A stretch of DNA of 23,136 nt. Origin: Bugula neritina (Eukaryota; Animalia; Bryozoa). The notes under the pieces are model-generated. The model was given only the letters and a program-made list of their open reading frames with translations, did not search any database and was not told the DNA's origin. Below are positions 22,142-23,136 of the stretch, one piece after another. Location: positions 1 through 23,136 of the forward strand of contig CAXIUT010000209.1 in NCBI GenBank assembly GCA_964035545.1. The letters are read 5' to 3'. The first letter of the stretch is position 1; each line of letters starts with the position of its first letter. The position numbers were made by a program, and so were the translations under genes.

Positions 22142-22940
22142 TCAATAGGTGTAGGTGACTCTATCTGCTTCATTTGGAGAGTCGTAGATAGTTGGGAAAG
22201 ATCTGATTTCAACGCTGCTGGTATCTTCTTGGAAGAAGTCATGAGATTTCTTAGCGTAAGCTAATTCTACTAAATACTTAAGGATATTATCAGCACACGA
22301 ATAAGTGGCTTAGTACCATTCTCTATAACATGGATAGAACTCATGTCTTTTCAAGTTTTTGACTCCTTTATCAGGATTTCTATCGTATTCAGTTGATCTT
22401 TCCTCGTAGTAAACGGAATCGCACTTGAACCATTTTTAGAATCTCATGGCGCACATAATGTAGTAATCAGGCATAGAATAAAATGAGTTGAAGGTATTTT
22501 AGACCGTTGATTGAGGACCAAGACCAACTTGGAATGAAGTTGTAGCTCCTGTTTGAGATTTTCCGTTGTAGTCGAATACTTAAGCGTCTTAGAATCCCCA
22601 AGGCTCTAGGATAGCTGAATAGGAGTCATCAGGCTATGTGATATAGTACTTTTTGTGTCTTCTATTGAAGAAGAAAACCTTTATGATTGAACGAGTACTC
22701 GATTAAAGATGCGGAACCAGTCTTTGAGTTGTGTTTTTTACCAGACAGCATCTGTTCTAAGTTTGTATTATTTGTTATATTCTGAGAAGTCCTTGCCTAT
22801 ATGTATGTGGAAATACCCCAGGTGTTAAAGTCATAGTCTTCTGGAGCTTTGACTCTGATTCCATTGACAAATTCTGGACGTTTTGGCTTTTGTCCTTCAG
22901 TAGGTTAAACTTGAATCTATTCACTATCTTCGTCGCTCAT
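22142..22940 (-). CDS. COX6B: Cytochrome c oxidase subunit 6B, long ciliate type
   Basis: CX9C (CAMRF*KWFKC) plus CX10C (CYREWY*ATYSC), the COX6B cysteine pattern. LRTDAVW, ELAYA and terminal TYTY match my recollection of the Tetrahymena subunit (not searched). Two 20-nt introns (22797-22816, 22679-22698) are each needed for frame. Confidence 0.85.
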
Positions 22941-23071
22941 GAATAAATAATATCAATGAATTTTGTTGAAATAAATATAGATAAGGTTGACTTGATATAT
23001 TCTAGATTCATTTTCATGATATATCATAATATAGATAGATTATCAATTAGCATTATCATTGATAAAAGTAA

Positions 23072-23136
23072 TTGGGGTTGGGGTTGGGGTTGGGGTTGGG
23101 GTTGGGGTTGGGGTTGGGGTTGGGGTTGGGGTTGGG
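23072..23136 (+). repeat. Terminal telomere (TTGGGG)10 TTGGG
   Basis: Perfect repeats at the window end. Confidence 0.97.

Noticed and set aside
142-22940. Standard ciliate code (TAR=Gln) or split code (TAA=Lys, TAG=Glu)
   Set aside because: Both TAA and TAG sit at conserved Glu positions in several families, and the conserved Gln sites examined all use CAR.
1-23136. CRISPR array, transposon, tRNA or rRNA
   Set aside because: The only repeats are telomeric hexamers and one low-complexity tract. I saw no terminal inverted repeats, transposase/RT motifs or structured RNA genes by eye.

Overview
AT-rich, gene-dense ciliate macronuclear DNA. The supplied standard-code ORF track is largely misleading. 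TGA is the only stop, and in-frame TAA/TAG fall at positions that are conserved Glu in several protein families, while conserved Gln positions use CAA/CAG. This fits the UAR=Glu 'peritrich nuclear' code (NCBI table 30) rather than the usual ciliate UAR=Gln code. Read this way, the window holds about 17 genes with ~20-nt GT-AG introns: an SLC22-like MFS transporter, CDP-diacylglycerol synthase, a membrane RING-H2 protein, a soluble diflavin reductase, a TLDc protein, a Ulp1/SENP protease, a CAF-1 p150-like protein, an HMG-box protein, a RING-TM protein, a COA4-like twin-CX9C protein, COX6B and several coiled-coil or hypothetical proteins. There are five short (65-95 bp) TTGGGG/CCCCAA tracts. 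Bases 1-9995 form a complete telomere-to-telomere ~10 kb multigene minichromosome. It is followed head-to-tail by three one-telomere fragments, at least two of which begin in the middle of a gene. All five tracts end distally in the same register (...TTGGG). This is either a telomere-to-internal-break fusion process or, at least as likely, a library/amplification/assembly chimera. Apparent single-base frameshifts cluster in the third segment and are probably sequence errors. All translations were done by hand; no database searches were run.
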